Below, one piece after another: positions 63,359-64,000 of a stretch of 64,000 nt of DNA. Source of the stretch: an uncultured Actinomycetes bacterium (GTDB lineage Bacteria; Actinomycetota; Thermoleophilia; RBG-16-64-13); NCBI GenBank assembly GCA_963841735.1, contig CAWJDT010000004.1, positions 256,001 to 320,000 on the forward strand. The letters run 5' to 3'. The notes below the pieces were generated by a model. The model was not told the origin of the DNA and ran no database searches. It saw only the letters and a program-made list of their open reading frames with translations. Position 1 is the first letter of the stretch; every line of letters begins with the position of its first letter. The position numbers were made by a program, and so were the translations under genes.

Positions 63359-64000
63359 CTACTTCTTGTCTGGGATGGCGGCCACTCCCGGCAGCACCGA
63401 TCCCTCGATGTACTCTAGGGAAGCGCCCCCGCCCATGGAGACGTGATCCATCTTCGTGGCCACGCCGAACTTGTTGACGGCCGCGACCGAGTCGCCCCCG
63501 CCTACCACTGTGATGCCTGGGCAGTCCGCCATGGCATCGGCCACCGCACGCGTACCCGCGGCGAAGGGCGCCATCTCGAATACCCCCATCGGGCCGTTCC
63601 AGAACACCTGGCCCGCTGCCCCGATCTCCGACGCGTACGTCTCTGCAGTCTGCGGGCCGATATCCAGTCCCATCCAGTCGGCGGGAATGGCGTCCACCGC
63701 CACGGTGTTGGTCGCGGCGAACTCGGCAAAGCCGGCCGCGACCACCACGTCCATGGGCAAGAGCAGCCGGCATTTCGTCCCTGCGGCCTTCTGCAACACC
63801 TCGGCGGCGACGGCGACGCCTTCTTCCTCCACCTTGGACGCCCCTACCGAGATGCCCTTGGCCTTGAGAAACGCGAAGCTCATGGCTCCACCGATCAACA
63901 CGCTGTCGGCCAGATCAAGGAAGCGGTCGATCACCTTGATCTTATCGGTGACCTTCGCTCCGCCCAGGACCACGACAAAGGGCCTTGCTGTCGCTGACAG
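63359..64000 (-). CDS. pgk: Phosphoglycerate kinase (5' part outside the window)
   Basis: LGGAKVTDK, GLDIGP, WNGPMG and GGGDS. Confidence 0.96.
   Translation of the reverse strand: MSATARPFVVVLGGAKVTDKIKVIDRFLDLADSVLIGGAMSFAFLKAKGISVGASKVEEEGVAVAAEVLQKAAGTKCRLLLPMDVVVAAGFAEFAATNTVAVDAIPADWMGLDIGPQTAETYASEIGAAGQVFWNGPMGVFEMAPFAAGTRAVADAMADCPGITVVGGGDSVAAVNKFGVATKMDHVSMGGGASLEYIEGSVLPGVAAIPDKK

Noticed and set aside
62571-63773. pgk-tpiA fusion or frameshift suggested by the 400-aa ORF
   Set aside because: pgk has its own stop at 63359 and tpiA its own ATG (63353) with SD AGGAAGTAGG; the extension is an alternative-frame shadow.

Overview
Core-genome window, almost entirely minus-strand, from a GC-rich bacterium. 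The 16S/23S sequence and gene content suggest a deep-branching, probably anaerobic Actinomycetota lineage (Thermoleophilia-like); this is an inference. It holds one rRNA operon (16S-23S-5S, no ITS tRNAs), six tRNAs and RNase P RNA. Operons include argCJBFRGH with ARG boxes; thrS, then an L20 leader and infC-rpmI-rplT-trmH-pheST; manB-nadE-metX-metW; lexA with two SOS boxes; murI-rph-rdgB; oppABCDF; and pgk-tpiA-gpmI-secG. Also present are a LonC-type protease, a HydABC/NuoEFG-like flavin/Fe-S complex, larC-lipA and Fe-SOD. I saw no mobile element, prophage or CRISPR array. The most notable oddities are: an RNase P RNA of about 520 nt with a ~167-nt unbranched P19 hairpin; an arginine synthetase (ArcE)-type gene alongside canonical argG/argH; a bifurcating-type flavoenzyme whose FdhA-like subunit lacks the Mo-ligating Cys/Sec; a NIF3-RNase HI fusion; a lexA-coupled zinc-ribbon microprotein ending in a degron-like -VAA; a uORF/attenuator-like structure between the two rRNA promoters; and a probable ATT start on pheS. 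All calls come from reading motifs by eye; no searches were run.
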